Assembly (NCBI GenBank): GCA_965261395.1
Contig: OZ253462.1
Coordinates: 2,464,001-2,528,000 of the forward strand
Reading direction: 5' to 3'
Source of the DNA: Candidatus Latescibacterota bacterium
GTDB lineage: Bacteria > Latescibacterota > UBA2968 > UBA8231
Length of the DNA: 64,000 nt
The translations under genes and the position numbers were made by a program. Below are positions 45,152 through 54,500 of this stretch, piece after piece. Position 1 is the first letter of the stretch; the number at the start of each line of letters is the position of its first letter. Below the pieces are notes generated by a model that had not been told where the DNA came from, did no database searches, and saw only the letters and a list, made by a program, of their open reading frames with translations.

Positions 45152-46929
45152 TGCCGCCGACCATCCGCGACGAGCAAGAAATAGACAAAAAGTCCATTGA
45201 CTTGCGCCTAATGGCTAGGCTGTTGGGTTTTTTGCGGCCTTATTTGCCTTGGGCCGTCTCGACTTTATTGCTCATCCTCGCTGCCTCGCTGGCCCGTCAA
45301 GCCGGTCCCGTGCTGACCAAAATAGCCGTTGACGAGCATATCGTGCCCGGCGATCTGGATGGCCTCGGAAAACTCGTCCTGCTCTTTGCCGCGCTGTTGG
45401 TGGCCCAATTCGCCATCGGCTACGCCCAGAGCTGGATCACCAGCATGGTCGGCCAGTGGACCATGCGCGACGTGCGGCTCGACATTTTCACCTGCCTACA
45501 GCGCCTGCCGCTCAAATTCTTCGACCGCACTCCCATCGGCCGGCTGATGGCCCGCAATACCAGCGATGTCGATGCGCTCAACGAATTCTTCACCTACGGC
45601 GCGGTCTCCCTAGTGACCGAAGCCGTCACCATCGCCTCTATCCTGTTTTACATCTTCTACTATCTCGACGTCAAACTGGGTCTGATCACCATCGCCTTTT
45701 TGCCTGTGGCCTTTGCCGCCACCCTGTGGCTGCAAAACCGCACCTACCACGCCTTCCGCCAAGCCCGCAGCCACTTTGCTCGTTTCAGCGCCGATTTGCA
45801 GGAAACCTTGTCGGGTATAGAAGTAGTAAAACTGTTCAACTGCGAGCCGCGCAGTGCCCGCCGCTTTAACCAAGGCACTGACGAATACCTCGACGCCCGC
45901 TTGGTGCGCACTCTGTACCACTCAGCCTACTTCCCCTTTATGGAATTGTGCGGTGCCGCGCTGATGGCGCTGGTGCTGTGGTACGGCGTCGGCCAAGTGT
46001 TGCGCGAGGAAATCGCCTGGGGCGTTTTGGTGGCCATGCTGCAATACGTGCCCCGCTTCTTCATGCCCATCCGCAACCTCGCCGAGGAATACGCTACCGT
46101 GCAGGTGGCCATGGCCTCTTCCGAGCGCATCTTCGAACTAATTGACGCCGAGCCAGAGCCGGTCGGCGGTCCCGTGCGTCGGGAGCGCGTCGCGGGGGCC
46201 ATCGAATTCCGCCACGTGTGGTTTGCTTATGAAGAAGAAGAATGGGTCCTGCGCGACGTTTCCTTCTGCGTTGCGCCGGGCCAGAGCCTAGCGCTAGTCG
46301 GGGCCACTGGCTCGGGCAAGACTACTATAGTCAGCTTGCTGTGCCGCTTTTACGAGATTCAACGGGGGCAGATCTTGGTTGATGGAATCGACATCCGCGA
46401 GTGGGATATAGAAGCGCTGCGGCGGCGCTTCGGTTTGGTGCAGCAGGACGTCTTTCTCTTTGCCGGCGACATTGCCAGCAACATCCGCCTCGGTGCTCCC
46501 GAGCTGTCGGATGAGGCAGTCGCGCAGACGGCCCGCTATGTCAACGCCGACCGCTTTATCGACCGCCTGCCCGATACCTACCAGCACGAGGTGCAGGAGC
46601 GCGGCGCGACCCTGTCTGCGGGTCAGCGCCAACTCTTGTCCTTTGCCCGCGCCCTAGCCGCGGACCCGGACATTTTGGTGCTGGACGAAGCCACCGCCCA
46701 CATCGACACCGAGACCGAAGGCTGGATCCAAGAGGCCGTGGAAAAACTGATGCGCGACCGCACCTCCATCGTCATTGCCCACCGCCTGTCCACCATCCGC
46801 AGCGCCGACAAAATCCTCGTGCTGCACCGAGGCGAGTTGCGCGAAGAAGGCCGTCACGAAGAACTGCTGGCCCAAGACGGCATCTACGCCCGCCTGCATC
46901 AATTGCAATACAACGACGCCCTCGCCTAG
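45151..46929 (+). CDS. ABC exporter fused permease/ATPase (MdlB/YheH-like)
   Basis: GATGSGKTT, LSAGQRQL, VLDEATAHID and AHRLST. Translationally coupled to the upstream partner. Confidence 0.93.
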   Translation: MPPTIRDEQEIDKKSIDLRLMARLLGFLRPYLPWAVSTLLLILAASLARQAGPVLTKIAVDEHIVPGDLDGLGKLVLLFAALLVAQFAIGYAQSWITSMVGQWTMRDVRLDIFTCLQRLPLKFFDRTPIGRLMARNTSDVDALNEFFTYGAVSLVTEAVTIASILFYIFYYLDVKLGLITIAFLPVAFAATLWLQNRTYHAFRQARSHFARFSADLQETLSGIEVVKLFNCEPRSARRFNQGTDEYLDARLVRTLYHSAYFPFMELCGAALMALVLWYGVGQVLREEIAWGVLVAMLQYVPRFFMPIRNLAEEYATVQVAMASSERIFELIDAEPEPVGGPVRRERVAGAIEFRHVWFAYEEEEWVLRDVSFCVAPGQSLALVGATGSGKTTIVSLLCRFYEIQRGQILVDGIDIREWDIEALRRRFGLVQQDVFLFAGDIASNIRLGAPELSDEAVAQTARYVNADRFIDRLPDTYQHEVQERGATLSAGQRQLLSFARALAADPDILVLDEATAHIDTETEGWIQEAVEKLMRDRTSIVIAHRLSTIRSADKILVLHRGELREEGRHEELLAQDGIYARLHQLQYNDALA

Positions 46930-46975
46930 CGAACACAACAACCGCAAAACCTAGCCGCCAACAAGAAAAAAACCT

Positions 46976-47485
46976 ATGGCCACTTACTATCCCTCCATCA
47001 CCGACGACCAAGCCGCGCTGATCCGCAACGCGCCGTTGTTCTTCGTCGCCTCCGCCGATCCCGCGCTCGCGCCCGGTCCCGAAGGCATCGGCCCGGTCAA
47101 TCTCTCGCCCAAAGGTGGCGTGCCGCTACACATAATTGATCCCAACCGAGTGGCCTTCCTCGACTACTTGGGCAGCGGCAACGAAACAGCGCGGCACGCA
47201 ACGGCCGGCGGCCCGGTCACTGTCATGGTCTGTTCTTTTGCAGGAGAAGACGCCGGCATCATCCGCCTCTACGGCAAAGCCACGGTCACCCCACTCGAAG
47301 AATCGCCCCACGCCGCATTGCTACTGCAAACGGAGTCCGAACACCTGCGCACCAAACGCCATGTAATCGAAGTTGAAGTTGAACTGACCGGCACTAGTTG
47401 CGGCTACGGTGTCCCGGTAATGGAATTAGTGCGCGAGCGCCGCGTCGAAGATCGGGGCCGCCGCTACAAGGATCGCAAAAAATAA
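46976..47485 (+). CDS. Pyridoxamine 5'-phosphate oxidase family (FMN-binding) protein
   Basis: FFVASA, VNLSPKG, DYLGSGNETARH and TSCGYGVP. Confidence 0.88.
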   Translation: MATYYPSITDDQAALIRNAPLFFVASADPALAPGPEGIGPVNLSPKGGVPLHIIDPNRVAFLDYLGSGNETARHATAGGPVTVMVCSFAGEDAGIIRLYGKATVTPLEESPHAALLLQTESEHLRTKRHVIEVEVELTGTSCGYGVPVMELVRERRVEDRGRRYKDRKK

Positions 47486-47517
47486 ACCGACGCGGCTAGA
47501 AGAGTCCTAGGGCATAT

Positions 47518-48150
47518 TCACTGACAGCGATAGTGCTTCAAGCCCAGCAACGACAAACACCTCTGCGTCAGCTCATCCACGCTAGCTGCACTTACGTCCA
47601 CACTGACCAGCCCATGCTGCCTAATTGCATCCATCATCTGCGCATTGTAGAGCAGGCTGCGTTCCAGAAACTTATCCACCATCCTTCTTTCGCGCTGGGA
47701 CTTGGTCCGATACTGACTTGCAGCGCGAATCCTCTGCTCAAAGACGGCGTCACTGGCTGTAAGCCAAACAGCAGCGAGGTTGGCAACATCTAGGGTCGCT
47801 ACAAACTCTGGCCACAGAGCAGATCCCTCCACTATTATCCGCTCCTTGGAGGTATCGGTCGCCGTCGCGGTGACGATCGCCTCAACTTGCGGCCAAACAT
47901 TGACCTTGTAGTGATGAAGTACGTCCTCAATCAATTCGTGCACCGACAGCGAGAGATAGTGCTCGGCTACGTGGTCGGGCACCTGCTGCGGCTCCGGTTG
48001 CCATGGCCGACCGGGGTGGCGGGCGAGTTTGTCCGTGGAGATTTGGTTCCACCCCAGCTTTGCTGCCAGCGAATCGGCCAAGGTCGATTTTCCGACGTGG
48101 GATGAGCCGCCGATCAGGATCACTCTCAAGTCAGCAGGTACTTTGGGCAT
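47518..48150 (-). CDS. P-loop small-molecule kinase (2-phosphoglycerate kinase-like)
   Basis: ILIGGSSHVGKST, ISTD and IIVEGSALWP. Confidence 0.8.
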   Translation of the reverse strand: MPKVPADLRVILIGGSSHVGKSTLADSLAAKLGWNQISTDKLARHPGRPWQPEPQQVPDHVAEHYLSLSVHELIEDVLHHYKVNVWPQVEAIVTATATDTSKERIIVEGSALWPEFVATLDVANLAAVWLTASDAVFEQRIRAASQYRTKSQRERRMVDKFLERSLLYNAQMMDAIRQHGLVSVDVSAASVDELTQRCLSLLGLKHYRCQ

Positions 48151-48159
48151 TCGCGTTGT

Positions 48160-48960
48160 TCAGTCCAAGACCATGCCGCCGCTGACGTTTATCGTCTGGC
48201 CGGTGACGTTGCGCGCCTCCTCAGAAGCGAGGAAGGCGACCATGTTGCCGATGTCCTCAGGCGACTGTTCCCGCTGCATCGGCGTCGAGTTGGCGATGAA
48301 CAGGTCGAACACCTCGCGGGCGCTTTTGCCGGCATAGGCGGGATCTACCTCGGCGATCTTCGGCGCCAGCGTGTGCCAGAAGTTGGTCCACACAAACCCG
48401 GGGCATACGGCGTTTACGGTGATGTTGTGCGGCCCCAGGTCCTTGGCGGTCAGCCGCGTCAGGCTGAGCATCGCGTTCTTGGCGGCCGCGTAGGCCGGCA
48501 GGAAGGTCGGGTCGCGTTTGGCGGCCGCGGAAGAGATGTTGATGATCTTGCCGTAGCGGCGCTCGATCATGTGCGGGGCGATCGCCTTGCAGAGGAAGAA
48601 GGGGCCCTTGACGTGTATGTCGTAGTTACTGTCCCACTCCTCGCCGGTGAAGTTGGTGAACGGGGCGCCGACGATGGTGCCGAAGTGGCCGGCATTGTTG
48701 ACGAGGATATCGATGGCACCGAAGCGCTCGATCGCCTGCGCGACGAGGTCCTGGCAGGCGGATTCATCCGTTATGTCGGCGGTGATGGCGACCGCGGCGG
48801 CCCCTTCGCTCGCGAGCTGGTCGGCGGTGGCCTGCGCCCTGTCGCCGTCGATGTCGGTCGCCACGATGGCCGCCCCTTCGCGCGTCAGGCATTTCGATAT
48901 GCCGAGGCCCATGCCGCCCCCGGCACCGGTGACGATGGCTGTCCTGTCTTTGAGTCGCAT
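48160..48960 (-). CDS. Short-chain dehydrogenase/reductase
   Basis: TGAGGGMG, LVNNAG, YAAAK, VNAVCPG and TGQTINVSGG. Confidence 0.95.
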   Translation of the reverse strand: MRLKDRTAIVTGAGGGMGLGISKCLTREGAAIVATDIDGDRAQATADQLASEGAAAVAITADITDESACQDLVAQAIERFGAIDILVNNAGHFGTIVGAPFTNFTGEEWDSNYDIHVKGPFFLCKAIAPHMIERRYGKIINISSAAAKRDPTFLPAYAAAKNAMLSLTRLTAKDLGPHNITVNAVCPGFVWTNFWHTLAPKIAEVDPAYAGKSAREVFDLFIANSTPMQREQSPEDIGNMVAFLASEEARNVTGQTINVSGGMVLD

Positions 48961-49094
48961 GCTGGTCTCCCTTAGGTTTTTTGGAATGTATTAGAAAAAA
49001 TAAAGGCGGAATGAAGATCACCGCGCCGTGTACCCGACCCTCGGAGGTTGCGGCGTGCGCGTCTGAGAGTTGATGTCCCTACTGAGGGCGGCGG

Positions 49095-50075
49095 TCAGAC
49101 GTCCAGGACGCGATCCTGGCCGGCCGAGGCCTCGTCGAGACGGGCCCGGTCCTCCGCGGTGATCGACCAACCCACGGCACCGACGTTCTCCTCCATGTGG
49201 GCGGCCGTATCGCCGCCGGTGATGGCGGCCGTCACCTCGGGGTGGGAGAGCACCCAGTTGATCGCCGTCTGCGCCACGGTGCGGCCATGGGCGGCCGCGA
49301 TCTGCCGCAGGAGGGCCAGGGTGCGGCGCGCCGCCTCGTTGAGGTCCTGCTCCAGGTCGCCGGTGCGCTGGGTGGCGTAAAGGGTGCCGTCCGGCGGCGG
49401 CTCTCCGGGGGTATACGCGCCGGAGAGCAGGCCCACGCCGAGGGGACTGTAAGTCATGACCCCAAAGCCCTGGTCGCGCTGCGCCGGCCACATCTCACGC
49501 TCCAGTTCCCGGTTGAGGAGGTTGTAGGGGTTCTGGATGCAGAGCAGGGGATCGAGTCCGAGGCGGTCCTGCGTCCACAGCGCCTTGAGCACCTGCCAAG
49601 CCTGGAAGTTGGAGACGCCCACGTAGCGTGTCTTGCCGGCGCGCACCACGTCGTCGAGGGCGCGCAGCGTCTCCTCGAGGGGGGTCTCGTCGTCGTACAT
49701 GTGCAGGATGTAGACGTCGATGTGATCCGTCTCGAGGCGGGCCAAGGTGCGGTCAATCTCCCGCAGGATGTGATAGCGCGACAGACCGGCGTCGTTGGGC
49801 CCACCGCCGACGCGGCTGGCCACCTTCGAGGTGACCACGAGGTCGTCGCGGTGACGCCTGAGGACGCGCGCCAGGACCTGCTCCGACGTGCCGCGGGTCT
49901 CGTACACGTCCCCGAAGCCGTAGATGTTGGCGCAGTCGATGAAGTTGATCCCCAACTCGACGGCCCGCTCGATGGCACGCTCGGCCTCGCCGGCGTCCTC
50001 CTGTCCGCGCAGGCCCAGGCCGTAGGCCAGGCGCGACACCTTCAGGCCGGAACGGCCGAACTTGACGTATTCCAT
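49095..50075 (-). CDS. Aldo/keto reductase (aryl-alcohol dehydrogenase-like)
   Basis: GRSGLKVSRL, GINFIDCANIYG, GLSRYHI, ETLRALDDVVRAGKTRYVGVSN and YSPLG.GLLSG. Confidence 0.93.
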   Translation of the reverse strand: MEYVKFGRSGLKVSRLAYGLGLRGQEDAGEAERAIERAVELGINFIDCANIYGFGDVYETRGTSEQVLARVLRRHRDDLVVTSKVASRVGGGPNDAGLSRYHILREIDRTLARLETDHIDVYILHMYDDETPLEETLRALDDVVRAGKTRYVGVSNFQAWQVLKALWTQDRLGLDPLLCIQNPYNLLNRELEREMWPAQRDQGFGVMTYSPLGVGLLSGAYTPGEPPPDGTLYATQRTGDLEQDLNEAARRTLALLRQIAAAHGRTVAQTAINWVLSHPEVTAAITGGDTAAHMEENVGAVGWSITAEDRARLDEASAGQDRVLDV

Positions 50076-50082
50076 GCTCTCT

Positions 50083-50245
50083 CACTTCCGCTTTATACAA
50101 CCCGATGATGGTCTCGGCCAGCGCATTATAGTAGGAATCACCGACACTTCCCACGCTCGCTAACTTCTGGGAAATATCTATTTTGTTTTAACCTAGCTCC
50201 AAATTTCTCAAGAAATGGAGTCTCCGGCAAATCCGGGGCGATTCA
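50083..50245 (-). mobile_element. Degenerate IS3-family (IS51/IS629-like) relic
   Basis: Left TIR TGAATCGCCCCGGATTTGCCGGAGACT (50245-50219). A decayed orfA start (KQNRYFPEVSER) is fused to the integrase motif SVGSVGDSYYNALAETIIGLYKAEV. Confidence 0.8.
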
Positions 50246-50375
50246 CAGATTTGCCGTTCTTAGGATCATCACTCCGTGACAATCCACGTCTCTTGAGGAT
50301 CGAAATGGGCATAAACGTCGCCGGCAAGGATTCGCTGCGGCGGGAATTAAACTCAAAAACGGGAGCGGCAGCACA

Positions 50376-51383
50376 ATGCCGAAACAGCGAATAGCGATTG
50401 TGGGAGCCGGGAACATGGCCCGAGCACGGGGCAGGGCGTTCCTGGACACTGGCCGGGCGGAAATCTGCGGCGTCGCCGCCCGGCGCGCACAGCGTGCTGC
50501 AAGCTGCGCGGCTGAGTTGGGGTGCGACGTTTTCTGCGATGACTTTCGCCGATTGGGGGAGGCCGGACCGGACGCGATCCTAATCGAGGTTCCGCATCGC
50601 GTTCAGGATGAGGTCTCCATTTGGGCATTGGATGCCGGTTACGACCTCCTCGTGGGCGGATGTCTAGCTTCGAGTATGGAAAATGGGCACCAGATCGCAG
50701 AAATGGCGGCCCGGAACAGTCGGATTGTGGAGGCCGGGTTCCAGCGCCGTTACGACCCTGCCTATGAGGAGATCCGGCGTCTGGTGGCGGGAAGGGAACT
50801 GGGGGCGCCGGTGATGGCCGCGACCATGGCCCTGTGGAACCCGGACCCGGACGGGTGGTACTATGACCAGGAGGCGAGTGGGGGGATGCCGCTGACCCAC
50901 ATGAGTTACTGCTATCTCAATGCCATCCGCTGGATTCTCGGCAGGCCGACCACCGTGTCCGCGATGGCCAATCGGATGCGAAATACGGCTCCCGGTCGCG
51001 TAGTGGAGGAGACATGCGGGGCCCTGATCGGATTTGAAAACGGTGCCTTCGCTGCGGCCACGGCCAGTTATATCGGCCCGGAGGGCATGCCCGATCCACA
51101 GCCGCGATTTGTCTGCGCCGAGGGCGGAATCCTGCCCAATGCCGACAGCCCGCCCGGCAAGGATTCCATTACCGTTTTTCATCGGGGCAATTCCGAAGTT
51201 CGCACTTTTGCGAACGAGCCGTCTCCGCTTGTCCGGCAGGCAGCCGCCTTTCTCGATGCCATAGAGGGCCGCCGTGAGGCCCGCAATCCTCCAGCAGATG
51301 CCCTGCTGGATGTCGAAATTGCCGCAGCCGTCTCGGTTTCGGCCAGGGAACACAGGACGGTCTCGCTGGCCGAAATGCGGTAG
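50376..51383 (+). CDS. Gfo/Idh/MocA family oxidoreductase
   Basis: IAIVGAGNMA, GFQRRYDP and SGG...H. Confidence 0.88.
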   Translation: MPKQRIAIVGAGNMARARGRAFLDTGRAEICGVAARRAQRAASCAAELGCDVFCDDFRRLGEAGPDAILIEVPHRVQDEVSIWALDAGYDLLVGGCLASSMENGHQIAEMAARNSRIVEAGFQRRYDPAYEEIRRLVAGRELGAPVMAATMALWNPDPDGWYYDQEASGGMPLTHMSYCYLNAIRWILGRPTTVSAMANRMRNTAPGRVVEETCGALIGFENGAFAAATASYIGPEGMPDPQPRFVCAEGGILPNADSPPGKDSITVFHRGNSEVRTFANEPSPLVRQAAAFLDAIEGRREARNPPADALLDVEIAAAVSVSAREHRTVSLAEMR

Positions 51384-51548
51384 GTCCGAAAAGATCCCGG
51401 AGAGATCGATGCCTTTGCCGGTGCTTTCCAACACTATGGGATGGAGTAGGCCCTTGCTTTGGTATAGCCGAAATCCTGCGAATTACGCGCAGCGTTGGTT
51501 GCGCCGCAAATTTCGTATACTGTTCGTATACTGATTAAATAGAAGCTG

Positions 51549-54500
51549 ATGATCGAAAGAACATTCCAGAATATCCCTGAGGGCAAACTCAGCGAGGCAG
51601 ATCAGCAGTCGTTCTTGGTCAGCCTAGGTTGGTCGAGAGGGACGACATGGGAAGACCTGCTGCGCTCGAGGCGTGTGCTGATGATCTCAGAGGCTGGCGC
51701 GGGTAAGACGTATGAATGCCGTGAACAAGCGCAGCGTCTGTGGGATGCCGGGGAACCCGCGTTCTTCGTTGAATTGGCGGGATTGGCGGCGGAGGATCTC
51801 CGAAGCCTGCTAGACCACGACGAGGAAGCGCGGCTGGACGCCTGGCTTTCCTCGCAATCCGACGTCGCGACGTTTTTCCTAGACTCGATTGACGAGCTCA
51901 AACTGACCCTCGGTTCGTTCGAGCTGGCTCTCAAACGCTTGAAAAGGGCGATTGGCAGCAAGCTCCGACAGTCCCGGATTGTCATAACGACGCGGCCGAT
52001 CCCATTCGACGAACAGCTTGTGCGTCGTCTGCTGCCCATTCCTCCGGTACCTTCGACGGAGCCGAGTGAAGAAACCTTCGCGAAGATCGCAATGCGCGAT
52101 CACCAGAGCCACCAAGTCGGGGACAAGGACGATTCCGCCGCTCCCGATTGGCGAACGGTCGCGCTTATGCCCCTATCGGACGCACAGATTCTGGAATTCG
52201 CGAGGATTCAAGGTGTCGAGGATCCTGCGGTGTTGCTGGAGGACTTGGAGAGACGGAACGCGCAGGAATTCGCGCGGCGCCCGCAGGACCTGATCGAGCT
52301 ATGCGTGGATTGGCGGGAACACAAGCGTATCCGAACTCATCGCGATCAAGTGGCGGCAAATGTGCGTGTGAAGCTGCAGCCGAGGGACGACAGGCCCGAA
52401 CCCGCCGAACTGTCCGTCGACAAGGCCATTGAGGGGGCGAGCCGATTGGCGCTCGCCATGATGGTCACGCGCCGTATGACAATTCGGCACAGCGCCGCGT
52501 CAGATATCATTGAGGATGAAGCTGCTCTCGATCCGGCGATCATACTTTCGGACTGGAACCCAAATGAGCGAAAAGCTCTACTTGAACGGCCGCTCTTCGG
52601 TTTTGCCTCCTATGGTCGCGTGCGTTTTCACCATCGTTCCGTCGTTGAATATCTGGCGGCAGAACGTCTTCGGGCACTCCGCGATCGGGGCATGCCGTTT
52701 CGCGCGCTCAAGCGGCTGCTCTTCGCGCAAACTAAGGGCAAGACGATTGTCCGTCCATCAAAACGATCGATCGCTGGTTGGTTGGCGCTCGCAGAGGATG
52801 GAATATTCGAGATGCTGCGGGACAACGAGCCTGCGGTACTTTTTGATGAAGGTGACCCGGAGGCTCTCTCCCAAAAGCAGCCCAATCAAGCACTGCGTGC
52901 TTATGTGGAGCGCTATGGTCAGGGTGGATGGCGTGGACTGAGCGTTCCACACATCCAGGTTCATCGTTTCGCGTCGTCCGAACTGGCAGACGACGTCATC
53001 CAGCTTTGGGGAATGGGTATCGAAAACCCCGATGTTCGGCGGACACTCCTCTATCTCATTGAGGCGGGACGCATCGGTGATTGCGCTGACATCGCGCACG
53101 GAGTTGCGCTTGACGTTCAAGCGTCCGCGGTAGAGCGGCTGATTGCTGTCGATGCGATGGTGGCGATTAGGGATCCAAGGCTTAAGGACATTGCGTCCGA
53201 AGTGGCGGCTGCTGATGCTCTGTGGCCGGACAAAATTGCGGGGGGCCTCGTGCTGCGACTGTTTCCCCGAGATCTCTCAATCGAGCGGCTTTGTCAGACG
53301 CTGAGCTGGATGAAGGAAGGGAAGCGTAGTGTGGGCGACCTGAGTTGGCACCTGCCCTGTCTGATCGCCGATGCAGAACTTGACCCGCCGGGCCTCGAGG
53401 CGCTTCGCGACGGAGTGGTCGAGTTGCTTTCTGCCGGGCTCCGCTGGTGCAAGGAATGGCCTCACATTGTCTGCGACCGACCCCATCTGAGCGGCGCATT
53501 GGCCGCGACCTGCGTGCGCGGACTCGACGGGAGCAAGAACGATTGCTGGCTGCATGCGAGCGTTCTTGCGCTTCGTCTCCATAATCGCGAATACAGCAAT
53601 GACGAAGCGTACAAGGCGCTTCACGAGCGACTGAGGAATCTGTCTGCTGATGAGAATGCGCGTCTCTTTTGGGCGGAAGACTCCTTGGTTCAATCACTCC
53701 ACACCATCGCGGATCCTTGGAAGCGCTTCGCGGAAGTCACATCGCATGACAGGCCTGTCATGCTTCGTCCAGAGCGGGATCTGGACTGGATCAAGGAAGC
53801 CCTCGGCGACACGGCGCGCTCCGAAAACGACCGGGCCATGCTATTGGAGGCGGCGATGCGTCTAGTTCCACACCGCGAACAGCGGCAGGATCATGTGTCG
53901 GGACTGAAGCCGCTGGTTGCCGATCAGCCAAGTCTACTTGCAGCAATCGATGAGCGCCTGAAGCCATCGAAGTACGACCAGGAGGAGAAGCGCTGGGAGA
54001 AAGAGCAGGCTCACCGGAAGAAGCAAGAAGAGCGGCGAGACGCGAAGAATAGAGCTAGCTGGATACAGTTTTGGCGAGACGTGGCTGAGCGCCCCGAGAG
54101 CGCTTTCTCCTCCGAACGTAGCTGGACCACAGCGCGGAATCTTTGGCAGGCAATGAGCCACGACGGCGAAGATAGCCGTGAATCAGGGTGGAATCGACGC
54201 TTTATCAAAGAGCAGTTTGGAAAAGAGACCGCGGACCGGTTGCGGCGCATTCTGATGAATATCTGGCGCGAAGACCATCCCACCCTACCAAGCGAAAGAC
54301 CGGAAGACGAGCGCAGCACCTATCTCGTCCGTTGGCAGCTCGGGCTCGCCGCGCTTTATGCGGAGGCCGAAGATCCTTCATGGGCCACCAAACTAACTGA
54401 AGAAGAAACGAAGCTCGCGGTGCGATTCGCCCCCATCCAACTCAATGGACTGCCCAATTGGATGGAAAGTCTCGTCGATGTCCATCCAGACGCGGTGGAT

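Noticed and set aside
49753-50154. 133-aa ORF as a transposase
   Set aside because: Only the first ~24 aa are IS3-like; the rest is an off-frame read of the AKR gene.
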